64,000 nt of DNA from a virus (Duplodnaviria > Caudoviricetes): the IMG/VR virus record IMGVR_UViG_3300032007_000028; one strand, given 5' to 3'. The notes beneath the pieces were generated by a model. The model was not told the DNA's origin. It saw nothing but the letters and a program-made list of their open reading frames with translations, and ran no database searches. Made by a program: the position numbers and the translations under genes. Position 1 is the stretch's first letter. The number at the start of each line of letters is the position of its first letter. Below are positions 46,323 through 56,997 of this stretch, one piece after another.

Positions 46323-47387
46323 TTAGGCGCCAACTTCGGCGGTCGGGACCACCTGGTTGGCTTCGGCGTTCTTGACGTCGACAACTTCGCCAGCAACCAA
46401 GAGAGCGGTGTTGAGAAGTTTTAAATCGTACAACGTCATCCAGCCTTGGCTGTTACCACCGTCAGCGAAGTTGAGCAACGCGGTCGGGGTGATGACCATG
46501 TAGGGAGCGAAGACGGCCGCAGAGGTCATGAGGTCGTCGCCGTTGAAGCCGCAGAACCACTTGCCGGGTTCGAGGATGGGGCTGACGAAGACTTTGAGAC
46601 CGTTGAGGGTACCAGCGAAGTAGGGACCATTGCGGACTGCGGAAGCGGCAGCCTTCCAACCACGCATCAAAGCGAGCATGGGCTTGACGTTGGAGGCGCA
46701 CACCATGTAGTTGGCGTGATAGCGTTGAGTTCTGTCGAAGATGATTCTGGAAGCCTGTTCGATGGTTTCAGAGAAAGCTTCGTAGTGCTGTTCCATGGAG
46801 ATTCCGACAGGGACTCTCTTGTTGAACACGAGCGTTTCGTCTTTCGGAGCGGCGCCAGCGAGCAACTTGACGATTTCGGTGTCGATTTCGTAAGAGAGTT
46901 CAGCGACTGCTTGCTTCGCGAGGACGTCACCGAGGTCGAGGCCCATTTCGGTCTTGGCTTGGAAAGCGGCCATCTGGTCGAAGTAGATAGCGATACGACG
47001 CGGTTTGGCTTCGAGGGCGATGCCTTCGACTTTCATGCCAAGGGTCGGGAGGTCGTTTGCGGGGATGCGGACTTGGTCATAGAGATATTTGACCTTGACG
47101 ATGCCGGAAGCACCGGTGATTTTGACTTCGCCAGTGGCTGCGTCGACGACTTCGATGGAAGCACCGGATTCGGCACCAACGAGTTCGGGAGCGTAGGCAG
47201 CGGAGATAGGAGTCCAAGCGAGGAAAGCTTTGCCTTCTTCACCGACTTCGACGAGTTCAGCGACTGCTTGGGAGGTGTAGTCGATGCGAGCATCGGACAT
47301 CTTGCCAAGGGCGAACGGGTCATTGAAGACGTCACCTTTTTCGATACCGCCTTTGTTGGAAAGGGCGATGAAGCGGATGTATTGAAT
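46323..47387 (-). CDS. Major capsid protein (T4 gp23-like), exon 2
   Basis: Resumes IQYIRF after the intron terminal G; ALEAKPRR, ELSYEIDTEIV, AGTLNG, FAPY motifs. Confidence 0.9.
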   Translation of the reverse strand: MQYIRFIALSNKGGIEKGDVFNDPFALGKMSDARIDYTSQAVAELVEVGEEGKAFLAWTPISAAYAPELVGAESGASIEVVDAATGEVKITGASGIVKVKYLYDQVRIPANDLPTLGMKVEGIALEAKPRRIAIYFDQMAAFQAKTEMGLDLGDVLAKQAVAELSYEIDTEIVKLLAGAAPKDETLVFNKRVPVGISMEQHYEAFSETIEQASRIIFDRTQRYHANYMVCASNVKPMLALMRGWKAAASAVRNGPYFAGTLNGLKVFVSPILEPGKWFCGFNGDDLMTSAAVFAPYMVITPTALLNFADGGNSQGWMTLYDLKLLNTALLVAGEVVDVKNAEANQVVPTAEVGA

Positions 47388-48780
47388 CGGTTCTGTTAAT
47401 CATGTATATTCTTAGTAAATGACTTTGTAGTTAAGACGATTTCTTTTCGCACAGGCTAGTTTCTCAGGGTCTCTTATCGTCCAGACCTCTATCGCTGTCT
47501 GATAGAATTTGGACGTCTTGGCGAGTTCCTGCCATTTGCGAAGTTTCTCTCTACATTCCTCATCGTTCTCGTCGTACGGCTTACCACCGTGCGTCCAATG
47601 AGCGTTGAGTTCGATGAAGAGGTCGTCTTCGACTATGTAGAAGTCACAGTAGTAAGGATATCTTTTCTTGTCCTTGTACTGTCTGTATATGGTCTTGTTT
47701 ACGTTTTCTTTGAGCAGTTGTCTGTACAGGTCTTCCTCAGGCTTAGAGTAATTAACAGTACCATTAAGTTTCTTCGTGAGAAACGCCTTCGTGACGCGCA
47801 TTTTTATCTGCTCTGGCGACAAGCGGCTGTTCATGGTTCTCATGTTGTCGCGAACTTTTTTGGAAACAGGATGTCCCATTTTCGACTTCGATATCTTTTC
47901 GATTACTTCATTAGGTCTCTTTTTACCTTTTTGATAGCTTGCTGTGCTTCTTATTTTGGTATGAGACCTTATGTAATAATACGTTACAGTGTTCGTATAG
48001 CCGAATTTTTTAGAACATTGCGTTACCGTGCTTCCTCCTTCGTACATCTCGACGATGCGTTTCCCTATTTCTTCGGGAATTTCGAGTGTGTGCGATTCGG
48101 AGTTGGAACGTATTTCGATACCGTGTTCTTTGAGGACTCTTCTGACCACTTTTGCGCTAAGATTCAGTTCCTTAGCGCATTTCTCGACGGTTTTCTTTTC
48201 GTTTACGTATTTGCTAACGACCTGCTTTTGCAGTTCTTCGTCGACTTTGGTTCTTTGAGCCTCTGACATCTTTCTTCTAGTCTCTTCAGACCGTTTGATG
48301 CCTTTAAGTTTGCGAGAAATCTTTTGTCTCGCTTCTTTCGATATCTTTGCCATATACAATTCTCCACAAAGCATTACTTCTCGTTCAAGCGTCAGTCGAC
48401 TTTCGTCGAGCGAGTTGTGGCTCGCTATCTTGAACGATGCTGTCATTTACCAGTAATATCAAACTCACTACATTACTATAGTGTCCAGACTATATTATCA
48501 TCCAATTTCGTCTCATCCTAATTGGATGCCACATCTTTCGGACCGAAGTCCTACTCTACTTGCTTCTTCATCTTGATATTTCTTCAAGACTATGCTTTCG
48601 ATAGTCGTTGAGCCTTGTCTGAGAGTCGCGAGCGTAACTGATAGTAAAGGAATAAATCTATCTTATTTTACGCGACTTTTTTCTCAAACCTTGGTTGCTG
48701 ATTGCCCTTACTGGAGGGTTTTCCAGCAGTTAATGTGGTTTTTTGCTGATGCATTACTGCATCAGGGATTCTATCAGTTA
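47388..48780 (-). mobile_element. Group I intron (about 1393 nt) in the major capsid gene
   Basis: P1: exon GGAUUU pairs with intron GAAUCC via a U-G wobble; core P AACUGCUGGAA, Q AAUCAGCAAC, R CUCAACGACUAU, S AAUAUAGUC; terminal G at 47388; splicing restores the frame. Confidence 0.92.
47412..48353 (-). CDS. Intron-encoded homing endonuclease (NUMOD3/HTH DNA-binding repeats, Vsr/EDxHD-like nuclease)
   Basis: KRSEETRRKMSEAQ NUMOD3; CDFYIVEDDLFIELNAHWTHG; SD GGAG before ATG 48353. Confidence 0.8.
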   Translation of the reverse strand: MAKISKEARQKISRKLKGIKRSEETRRKMSEAQRTKVDEELQKQVVSKYVNEKKTVEKCAKELNLSAKVVRRVLKEHGIEIRSNSESHTLEIPEEIGKRIVEMYEGGSTVTQCSKKFGYTNTVTYYYIRSHTKIRSTASYQKGKKRPNEVIEKISKSKMGHPVSKKVRDNMRTMNSRLSPEQIKMRVTKAFLTKKLNGTVNYSKPEEDLYRQLLKENVNKTIYRQYKDKKRYPYYCDFYIVEDDLFIELNAHWTHGGKPYDENDEECREKLRKWQELAKTSKFYQTAIEVWTIRDPEKLACAKRNRLNYKVIY

Positions 48781-49071
48781 AAATCCTGTACGGGAAGCCA
48801 TCGGACGAACGATGACGAGTTCGGGAGCGATGAGGTTGGGGATGGCGACCTGCGTGATGTCCAAGGTGAACTTCTTGAAGGTACCCATGTCTGCGAGCTG
48901 AGTAGCACCAGAGTTGGAGAAGGCTTCGTTGATGTTCTTGAGCAAGGTGGCGGTCACGTTCTTTTGATGTTCGGGAAGGGTTTCGCCCATGTGATTGGCC
49001 TTGTAGGCGGCTTCAGTGAGGGAAAGTCTTCTCGCATAAGCTTCGGTGAGCTGTTTTGCTTTGAGTTGCAT
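48781..49071 (-). CDS. Major capsid protein, exon 1
   Basis: IPNLIAPELVIVRPMASRTGF matches the gp23 'PNLIA...QPM..PTG' region; propeptide with LTE-A and INE-A sites. Confidence 0.9.
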
Positions 49072-49119
49072 TCTATTCTTTTCCTTTATAATGTTAAATG
49101 TGTTTACGTTTTCGGACTG

Positions 49120-50721
49120 TTACTTGACTAGACCCGCAACGTAGAGCGAGTGTTCGTCGATTTCGTCGTCGTAGATTGACGACTTGGCTTGAGCCTGAGC
49201 GGCGGGCTTAGACTCTTTTATCGAAACCACCGTGTTCTTGTCCAACTTGAACGGCAATTTCGTAAGGCTGAGGTTGTAGGATTGCAGACTTTCGCAAACG
49301 TCGTCGATGTCGTCTAGCGAATACGATTCCTTGAGTCTGCTCTTGATGTCATGAGAATCGACACCAAGCACGACCGCTTTGGATTCGATGTATCTGTCGA
49401 CGACTTCGTTCGCGAGTCTCTTATAGCCTTCGGCGAGTTTGGACGATTTGTTCAATCTCTCCGTCAACTTGGAGATTTCGCGCTTTGAACGATTGCGTTC
49501 GGCATTAAGCGATTCTTCGAGTTCTTTGGTCTTCGTTTCGTTCTCTTTGAGTGCTTCGGACAATTTGCGTTCAAGCGTCTTGACCTTGTTCTCGCCGAGT
49601 TTGACAGACTCCTTGAGGGAGTTGTTCTCTGAAGCGAACTTACCTTTGCTCTCGACGACCACTTTGTTGAGTAAAGCGATACTGTCGTTTCTACTCTTGA
49701 GTTCCTCTTGCAACTTGGACGCGTCTTTGGCTTTCTCAGACGACTCTTTGACCAAACGCGTCAATCTCACGATTGTCGATTTGTTCTTTTCGTCGTTTGC
49801 ACGTAACCTACTGACTTCCGCATCGCTGACCGCCAGACGTTCCTGAAGCGACTTTATAGTCGATTCCATCGTCTTCTTGGCCTTTAACGCTTCCTGCAAA
49901 TCCCGAATGATGTCATTCGTCCCGTCATCGACGGCCTCTGCGACTTGTTCGGATTTCGCTTGAGGTTCCTCTTCCTTCTTTATATCCGCATCTTCTTGCG
50001 AAGACGTTGATAACTCTTCTTCCTTTTCTTCTTCGACGGCTTTTTCTTCTTCGACTTCTTTGATGCCGAGGTCTTCGAGGGCTTCGGTCATCATCTTCTT
50101 CTCGTCAGTCGAGTATTCCGTACCGTCCAACTTCTTTGCGTTTTCGATGTCTTCGCAAAGAGCTTTCTTCAAATCTGTCATATTATTCTTGTCAAGACCT
50201 TCCGTCATCGTGAGTCTCGCGTCTTTGACTGCGGGAAGCAACACGAGGTCGAATGTCGTGAAACTATATGTATCGGGGTCGACGATTTCGTCGCCGTTCT
50301 CGTCTTCGATTATATCACCTGAGCCACGAGAGGAGATACCGAGTTTGAAGCCGTATTTCGCAAGCTGATACGCGATTCTGCCCATCGGTGTATCGATGAG
50401 GTCGCAATATGCGATGAGATGTCCCTCTTTGTCCTTTTTGGGAGCTTCGGGCATCATGGCCGCGATTCTACTGCTGTCGGTCTCTTCTCTGTCGGCCGGA
50501 TGGTCGAGTTCCATGGGTATGCCACCATTGGCGAACATCTCTTTCGTGATGTCGTCGTTGAAGACATTCTCCCAAAGCGACTCGTTGTAACCTCTACCGT
50601 TGCGAGTCGGGACCGAAATCGAGGCGCAGGGACCGTAAAGTCTGCCTAAAATGCCTCTCTTTTCCTTTTCCTCTTGGGTCAAATCCTCGAATGCGAGCAT
50701 TTCTCTTATTCTGTCTTTCAT
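49120..50721 (-). CDS. Prohead protease (T4 gp21-like) fused to scaffold coiled coil
   Basis: TRNGRGY, ELDHP, DTPMGRI, GISSRGSG, TFDLVLLPA; long coiled-coil C-terminus. Confidence 0.9.
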   Translation of the reverse strand: MKDRIREMLAFEDLTQEEKEKRGILGRLYGPCASISVPTRNGRGYNESLWENVFNDDITKEMFANGGIPMELDHPADREETDSSRIAAMMPEAPKKDKEGHLIAYCDLIDTPMGRIAYQLAKYGFKLGISSRGSGDIIEDENGDEIVDPDTYSFTTFDLVLLPAVKDARLTMTEGLDKNNMTDLKKALCEDIENAKKLDGTEYSTDEKKMMTEALEDLGIKEVEEEKAVEEEKEEELSTSSQEDADIKKEEEPQAKSEQVAEAVDDGTNDIIRDLQEALKAKKTMESTIKSLQERLAVSDAEVSRLRANDEKNKSTIVRLTRLVKESSEKAKDASKLQEELKSRNDSIALLNKVVVESKGKFASENNSLKESVKLGENKVKTLERKLSEALKENETKTKELEESLNAERNRSKREISKLTERLNKSSKLAEGYKRLANEVVDRYIESKAVVLGVDSHDIKSRLKESYSLDDIDDVCESLQSYNLSLTKLPFKLDKNTVVSIKESKPAAQAQAKSSIYDDEIDEHSLYVAGLVK

Positions 50722-50784
50722 CCAATTCCCTCGTCAACGTGTAAAACGTTATCAATAATTTTAGCATTTCGACTAGCGTCTAAT

Positions 50785-51408
50785 TTAGCATTTTACGTTT
50801 TTCAGATAATCCTCTGTGTTGAGAAGCATCTTACGATTGTCTCTGTCAAGACTCCAAGTCGAGTTGGGGTCATCCGTAGAAACGCTTTCCTCAAACACTC
50901 CTGTATCGTGCATCACGTATCTCTTATCCGCGTGTGTCTTTCTGAGCGTACCGACGAACGCTCTGTCCTCAAAGCCCTCTCCCTTCTCCGGGTCTATGTC
51001 TGGATAGTCGTCGAATATCGAACGATGTATGCAGAACAACTTGAGCAACGTCTTTTTGAATTCGTAGAACATGCCTGGATTCTCATCTATCTGTCTAATA
51101 TACTCGTCTCCGGGTCCGCCGAACAATCTGCAATCGTCGTCGAGCATAATCAGATACTCATATTCGCTTTGAAGGAAAACGCGTCTCAATTCTCGTCTCG
51201 CGCCCAATATTCCCAATCTGTCGTATCTCATGACGTTCGCTTCGTCTAAACGAAAATCGCCCCAATTCTGGGCGATAATCATAATGGGCACATGAGGAAA
51301 TATGCGCGCGCATGAATTAACCAAGTCGATTAGTTTGCGCTTGCGCGTCTCTCGCACGCGTAAGTCGTTCGGCAGATACGATATTATTCCGATGACCTTA
51401 TTGTTCAC
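50785..51408 (-). CDS. GT-A glycosyltransferase-like protein
   Basis: IIAQNW...LGILGARRELR...YLIMLDDD...GEGFED; paralog of the C-terminal half of 40326..41795. Confidence 0.65.
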   Translation of the reverse strand: MNNKVIGIISYLPNDLRVRETRKRKLIDLVNSCARIFPHVPIMIIAQNWGDFRLDEANVMRYDRLGILGARRELRRVFLQSEYEYLIMLDDDCRLFGGPGDEYIRQIDENPGMFYEFKKTLLKLFCIHRSIFDDYPDIDPEKGEGFEDRAFVGTLRKTHADKRYVMHDTGVFEESVSTDDPNSTWSLDRDNRKMLLNTEDYLKNVKC

Positions 51409-51874
51409 GACGTCTCCCGTTTATGTGCTCGAACGCGAGCAAATCTGCCTTTATGAGACGAATCATCTTCAGCGCGGAAGATACATCGTAGTCGATGTAG
51501 TATTTATCGAGAACGGACGCGACCTCTTCGGCTCTGACGTGTTTGAAGAACTGCAGTTTGCTTTCCTCTGGCACCTTTCTGCCGAACAACGCGACCTGCA
51601 ACAGAAACGCGTGCAGAGTCACGATGACGTCGACCGGGTCTTCCATGTCCTTGACGATGTTCTTATAGAGGGGGCTTCTCTTCTCGTTGTTGTTCTTGCG
51701 TATATGCTCATAGAACGAAACGACGTCGAGCTGACGATGGTCGTTCACGTACTTAAGCGCGGTCAACGAAACCGACGGGCGTCCGATGATATCGCGTATC
51801 AACGAGTGCGCCTTTTCGTCGCCAGCTTCCTCCAACTCCGTGAGCAAGAGTATCAAATCGTTTGTTTGCAACAT
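51398..51874 (-). CDS. Hypothetical protein
   Basis: 158-aa helical ORF downstream of the portal gene. Confidence 0.55.
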   Translation of the reverse strand: MLQTNDLILLLTELEEAGDEKAHSLIRDIIGRPSVSLTALKYVNDHRQLDVVSFYEHIRKNNNEKRSPLYKNIVKDMEDPVDVIVTLHAFLLQVALFGRKVPEESKLQFFKHVRAEEVASVLDKYYIDYDVSSALKMIRLIKADLLAFEHINGRRREQ

Positions 51875-51903
51875 AGTCTATGAACCTTTCTGGAATCTCC
51901 GTT

Positions 51904-53745
51904 TTATATATTGTCGACCATCGACACGCCCAATTCGCTGGGCGAGGGCAGATAACTGTCTGGTGAATTGTCGCCTTCGAACTCTGCTATGCCTTCTGGT
52001 TCGGGCAACGACTCTTCGTCAGAGAACGATGCAGGGCCGTCAGACATGCTTCTGCTTGGACGTTCGTTGCGTTCTTCTCTTTCGATGGGCTCTTCGTCGC
52101 CATCTTCTGCTTCACCTTCGAGAACGCCCTTCTCCGCTGATTCCTCAAGTTTGTCTATGTGCTCTTGCAACAGCGACACGACGTTCGTATCGGACAACGT
52201 CTGCGAGAGAAGTTCCTTGAGTATCTTGAGTTTGAGCGTTTCGTCGTTCACGACACCCGATATCTGAGACATCACGTCGTTGACGACTCCCATTCTGTTT
52301 CTGAGGTTTTCGCGCTTGTCGAGTTCCTCTTGCGTCAAGGGAGCCTGCATACGAATCGTGAACTTGCCGATTTTGTTGCTCATTCCCTTGTCGATTAAGA
52401 ACAAATTGATGACGTCCGTAATCATCTGACAGAAGATGTTTTGGTACTTCTTAACGTTCTTGCCATAACGAGACGATATGATTGCGAGGGACGAACCGCC
52501 GTTGAAGCCAGCCGCATCGTCTGTGTTACCAAAGTACTGTTTGGGGATGCCTACGGAACCGTAGTATTTGTTGATGAAGTAATCCAAGTCGGTCAGAGAC
52601 TTCGGGTCATAGTCACCGCCAATGTTCGCAGACGTTATGACGCCCTGGTCGCCATGAACGGGAACATACACGATGTTCTCGACAGGGCTAGGGTTGTTAT
52701 ATTCCTGTATGCCTTTACCTACCGATATCGCTGACTTCTGCTCTATGATTTGCTTGATTCTCTGCAGATAGTCCTTCACCTGCTCGGCTGGCATGTCGCC
52801 AACGTTTACCTGCATCAGCCGCACGAGACTGCTTCTCGTCGCTCTGTTGACGATTAGACTGTCCTCAATCAAAGACAGTTGACGCCACACCTTGAACAGA
52901 TTGTACAGCATTGACTGACCTTTTCTGACGACGTATTTTTTACCATTGCTGTTGTTCTGAAAATCCTCGTCGCTCTGGAATATGCTCACCTCTTCCGGGC
53001 TTCTGAGAGAGTTCTCGTTCGCCAAAGACGCATGCACGAAGTCCTGGGCACCGTAGACCGTCACGTCGGACTGCTTCATCTTATAAGATTGATACGCATA
53101 GACAGGCGACTCTTGGTTTATCGTGTTCTGAACGGTCGTCGGTGCTTGTATGTAAAGCACGGTCTTACCGAATTCCGTTAGGTCGAACATCTCCCCGGGA
53201 TTTGGCACCATTTCCACGTAATGTGCGTAGTGCGAGTTTGGTTCATGAACGATTGCGCTGACCGATTCTCTCAGACTTCTGTCTTTTTCGTCGTCCGTAT
53301 CCTTTTTATCGTTGACCTCGCTCTGTCTGAACATCTTCAAATAGAGGTCTCCGTATTTGATGAGGGAATACATCCATTCGTATGCATGCTTATCGACGTT
53401 TATAGAGTCCAACAAAAAGTTGACCGTCTTAACGAGATTTCCGTCTGAGCTTTCGCACCACACGATTTTACCGTCGTCGTTCGTCTCGACTGCGTCAGAT
53501 GCGTATACCTCAAGAACAGACGAAACCCTGTCGTCCAATGCCATCGAATCTATAAAACTGTACACGTACTCACGTGATTGAGACGCCGAGTTGAACGACT
53601 CCAACGAAGCCGTATCGAGATTTCCCTCTTCGGCCGCGTCGAGCAGTTTCAGCATCGTTGCACCATTCGTCTCAACGCCTATTTCGGGCTCTTCGACGGG
53701 TACCGCCTTAGCCTTCTTACCAATGAATTCCTTATCTTCTTTCAT
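51904..53745 (-). CDS. Portal protein (T4 gp20-like)
   Basis: KYGDLY, WRQLSLIEDSLIVNRATRS...VNVGDMP, DLDYF...GIPKQY. Confidence 0.9.
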   Translation of the reverse strand: MKEDKEFIGKKAKAVPVEEPEIGVETNGATMLKLLDAAEEGNLDTASLESFNSASQSREYVYSFIDSMALDDRVSSVLEVYASDAVETNDDGKIVWCESSDGNLVKTVNFLLDSINVDKHAYEWMYSLIKYGDLYLKMFRQSEVNDKKDTDDEKDRSLRESVSAIVHEPNSHYAHYVEMVPNPGEMFDLTEFGKTVLYIQAPTTVQNTINQESPVYAYQSYKMKQSDVTVYGAQDFVHASLANENSLRSPEEVSIFQSDEDFQNNSNGKKYVVRKGQSMLYNLFKVWRQLSLIEDSLIVNRATRSSLVRLMQVNVGDMPAEQVKDYLQRIKQIIEQKSAISVGKGIQEYNNPSPVENIVYVPVHGDQGVITSANIGGDYDPKSLTDLDYFINKYYGSVGIPKQYFGNTDDAAGFNGGSSLAIISSRYGKNVKKYQNIFCQMITDVINLFLIDKGMSNKIGKFTIRMQAPLTQEELDKRENLRNRMGVVNDVMSQISGVVNDETLKLKILKELLSQTLSDTNVVSLLQEHIDKLEESAEKGVLEGEAEDGDEEPIEREERNERPSRSMSDGPASFSDEESLPEPEGIAEFEGDNSPDSYLPSPSELGVSMVDNI

Positions 53746-53790
53746 ATGTTTCCCCCAACGTGGAATCTGCATAGAATTTCGCATTCTTCG

Positions 53791-55836
53791 TCACAGCAAT
53801 ATACCTTCGTATGCATATCTGTTCTTTTCGTATTCCTTTCTTCTCTTTTCTTCTTCGGCATCGACTTTGGCTCCCTTTCTGAGAGGGTTGTTGCCAAATT
53901 CCGAGAACGCTCTCATCAATTCGCTTTCGAAGTCGACGGTCATCTGTTTCTTCTGATTCTGAGACTGACCTTCGTTTGCTTCCACGAACTGAGACAGAGA
54001 TTCGCCATAAGTGTGCGTGTACTCTTCGACATATTGAGACGCGTGATATATCGCGCCACACAGAGCGTCGACTTGGTCCTTAGAGCCTTGCGTACCGCCT
54101 TCTGGGTGGTCGATGTGTCCGTCTGCTTGTCTTTCCAAACCCAGTATTTCGTCTGTGAGCAAGTCACACTTATCGTACAACTGCAGTCTTTTCTCGTTTA
54201 TCGTAGAACGGAAGTACTGATAGGGAAGACATATTTTCTGTTTCGTGCCATCTACGCTCTCAAGTCTATCGACTGATATTATCTTCGTTCTGAAGCCGTC
54301 TGCCTTAAGTTGCTGTTGAATCTGAGCGGCCTGATAGGTATCCGAACTGACGCCCTTTATCAGGAATCCCTGCTCTCTGAGCCATCTGATGAATGCTCTG
54401 TTCTTCTCGAACGATATTTCGTAACCTTTAGGTGCCTTTATGGAAACGGAGAACGCAGTCTTGAAGTAAAGTTCGTTTGCGTTTGAGTCGTCGCCTTGTG
54501 CCTTGCCATTAATCCACACACCTGAAATACCAGTCTTGTCTCCGCTCTTCGACATATCGAGATGTATGTACAATGGTTTTGCTTTGTCTTCCGGGTCGAC
54601 GAGACTCATATCAAAGAACTCTGAATACGTAAGCGCATCACCAGTACCGACCTCAATGACGTCTCGCATAAACGGATTTTTGTAAGAGTTCGTTTTAATC
54701 GCCTTAAGATTCTTACCTGCGATGTATTTGAATGCGCCCACAGTAGAAATACCTGCGATATCTGTCAACGCCAATTCGACGTTATCGACGAAGTTCTCAT
54801 AGTAACCTATCGGCACCTGCAACATCTGATAACCTTTGTCTCGATACTCTGACACGACATTGTCTGTTGAGTTCTTAGGCAACACTTCCGACGCCATGAA
54901 CTTATTGCCAACAGCCACCCAGAACTTTTCTCTGCTGTCTTTGTCAGTTCTAATTACCCATTGAGGTTCATCTATCACCAAAGTCGTTTTGGATTCGTTC
55001 TTCTTCTTCATGTTGATATACGATTCCATGAACGACTGCTCACTGTCTTTCGAAGACGCAATCATATTCAGTGTAGGCAACGATTCGCCCTTCATGAAAC
55101 GAGACTGCATACGAGCGTCTATCTGAGAAATCAGACGCATCATCTTCTTCTTGATTTTCTCAACATCGGACGTCATGGCGGCGAAGTTGACTTCGTCCGT
55201 AAAATTGGCGAGCAAACATTTCCCAATTAGTTTATTGTTATTTGAACCATATACCAACTTAAGCTTTCCATTCGGCTGCCATTCCAAATCGTCTTTGCCC
55301 TTGATTTTGCCGTGTGCCATGAACCAAGGCGATGCTTGCACGAGTTCCTGCAGTTTGCTCCAGCCTACGCCTTTGGCCGCTTCGAGAGTGACGTTAATCA
55401 TCGAGAACCAAATTTCGTCCATGGGCTGTAAACCGTAGTGAAGATTAGGGTCCTTCAGACACATCGTTCTATAAAGCATATAGAGCATGCATATGACAGC
55501 CATGAAAGACTTACCAAGACCAATACCGCCAGTAAGTACGAGTGTGTTGAATCTGCAAGTCGTATTCGTCGGAAACATTTTCTTCAGCGTTTCCACCCAA
55601 TAAGGGAAGACCGTGAATTTTCCCTCTGAGTTGATTAAACCGTTTCCTAAGTATTTTCTGTCATAAAGAAAAGTCTCTATGTCGACGGGAATCTCAGCAT
55701 AGTCATCGTAGACCATTTCCTCATATGTCTTCGATGAGCCTTCGCTGGAAAACTCACTGAGTATGGATAAAGCTAGTTTACGCTCTTCTTCGCTCAGATT
55801 GTCCAATATCGATGTGTCTATGCCGTTCGTGTTCAA
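53791..55836 (-). CDS. Terminase large subunit
   Basis: Walker A TGGIGLGKS, Walker B FTDE, RNase H HLDMSKSGDKTG, DHP...SKDQVDA; probable TTG start after GGAG. Confidence 0.9.
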   Translation of the reverse strand: MNTNGIDTSILDNLSEEERKLALSILSEFSSEGSSKTYEEMVYDDYAEIPVDIETFLYDRKYLGNGLINSEGKFTVFPYWVETLKKMFPTNTTCRFNTLVLTGGIGLGKSFMAVICMLYMLYRTMCLKDPNLHYGLQPMDEIWFSMINVTLEAAKGVGWSKLQELVQASPWFMAHGKIKGKDDLEWQPNGKLKLVYGSNNNKLIGKCLLANFTDEVNFAAMTSDVEKIKKKMMRLISQIDARMQSRFMKGESLPTLNMIASSKDSEQSFMESYINMKKKNESKTTLVIDEPQWVIRTDKDSREKFWVAVGNKFMASEVLPKNSTDNVVSEYRDKGYQMLQVPIGYYENFVDNVELALTDIAGISTVGAFKYIAGKNLKAIKTNSYKNPFMRDVIEVGTGDALTYSEFFDMSLVDPEDKAKPLYIHLDMSKSGDKTGISGVWINGKAQGDDSNANELYFKTAFSVSIKAPKGYEISFEKNRAFIRWLREQGFLIKGVSSDTYQAAQIQQQLKADGFRTKIISVDRLESVDGTKQKICLPYQYFRSTINEKRLQLYDKCDLLTDEILGLERQADGHIDHPEGGTQGSKDQVDALCGAIYHASQYVEEYTHTYGESLSQFVEANEGQSQNQKKQMTVDFESELMRAFSEFGNNPLRKGAKVDAEEEKRRKEYEKNRYAYEGILL

Positions 55837-55916
55837 GAAATCTTCTCCAACGTATGTCATGTAATTTAGCAAAAAGAAAAGACCGCATAACACGGTCTTC
55901 TACGTATATTAGATTT

Positions 55917-56243
55917 TCAGTCGAGTGCGCCTCGTGCGTATTCCAACGAGATGTCGTAATCGCTCACATCGCCTTTCAGAATCTCTGAAACACTCACAAA
56001 AGAGTCCGACGAACTGTTCATGACGTACACATCATTCTTGGAAACCCCTGCATACATAAGCAAGTACGGGTCATCTGTCACGATGACTGCATCTTCGTCA
56101 CGAGACAGAATCGAGCCAAATCGAACATCGTTATACTTACGTCCATGTTCGAGAAAGATGAAATGTTCCTTATCTCGCATATGCGCTAGAAGTTTGACCA
56201 TCACAGCACTTGCGTCAGGTCTATTAACAAATTTGATAATCAT
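55917..56243 (-). CDS. Hypothetical protein
   Basis: ORF in the small-gene cluster. Confidence 0.5.
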   Translation of the reverse strand: MIIKFVNRPDASAVMVKLLAHMRDKEHFIFLEHGRKYNDVRFGSILSRDEDAVIVTDDPYLLMYAGVSKNDVYVMNSSSDSFVSVSEILKGDVSDYDISLEYARGALD

Positions 56244-56503
56244 TGTTTTTCCTCCGACCATTTCTTGATTGATTCGTATTCTTCTTTCGTCAAAGAATTT
56301 CCAGACATACTGGAATGTTTGTTTGGCTTCGGTCTAATATCGATGATATATTCTGCTTTTCCATCCAAACCATTCATCTCAAAGACTTCTATATCAAATT
56401 TTTCTTCTATGATTTGCAGTTTTCTGTTCTTTTCGATTTCAAGAGATAATTCTTTCATTGCTTTTTCATAATCTCTTGAAAGAGCATCAAATGCTTTTCT
56501 CAT
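56240..56503 (-). CDS. Hypothetical protein
   Basis: SD AAGGAG. Confidence 0.6.
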   Translation of the reverse strand: MRKAFDALSRDYEKAMKELSLEIEKNRKLQIIEEKFDIEVFEMNGLDGKAEYIIDIRPKPNKHSSMSGNSLTKEEYESIKKWSEEKQ

Positions 56504-56515
56504 ATCATTCTCCTT

Positions 56516-56737
56516 TCACTTTCCCTCAAAACATTCCATTGTTGTTATGATGCTTCTTATCATCTGAAGCTCGTTCCTTTCGCTCTCTATTACGACGGCT
56601 TCCCAGAACATGTTACGCAAGTTGTCGACGTTGACGATGCATGTCCTCGCCTCTTTATCTTTAAGTTCAATCTCTCTCTTTTTGACGAAATACTCAAGAT
56701 AGTCCTTAAGTTTAATCCACTTTTCTTTGTAAGTCAT
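56516..56737 (-). CDS. Hypothetical protein
   Basis: SD AAGGAG. Confidence 0.6.
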   Translation of the reverse strand: MTYKEKWIKLKDYLEYFVKKREIELKDKEARTCIVNVDNLRNMFWEAVVIESERNELQMIRSIITTMECFEGK

Positions 56738-56793
56738 GTCGTTCTCCTTTCATCGTCTTTCGCTGAATTAGGGAATCTTAGTTTATCTGCTTT

Positions 56794-56997
56794 CTATGCC
56801 CCTTCCCACTCGTCTTGAAGGGCTTCTAGTGCTTCCTCGTCTAGTGTGCTTTCCCAATCTAGGGTTTCCCAGAAGGTATCGACCCCTTCTTTTTTGATGG
56901 TTTCCAAGTAAGCGTCTTTGGTAGCTTCGTCCTTGAACTTGATATAGCCGTCCTTGATGCTACCTACCAAGATTTCCCTGATTTCCTTTTTGGTCAT
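56794..56997 (-). CDS. Hypothetical acidic protein
   Basis: SD AAGGAG before MTKKE; sigma70-like promoter at 57029-57056. Confidence 0.55.
   Translation of the reverse strand: MTKKEIREILVGSIKDGYIKFKDEATKDAYLETIKKEGVDTFWETLDWESTLDEEALEALQDEWEGA

Noticed and set aside
46446-47399. 317-aa plus-strand ORF and many other plus-strand ORFs
   Set aside because: They are antisense shadows of codon-biased minus-strand genes, with no SD, promoter or protein-like motifs
53791-55836. Intein or intron in terminase or portal
   Set aside because: Continuous ORFs of plausible length with no C...HN intein or LAGLIDADG motifs noticed
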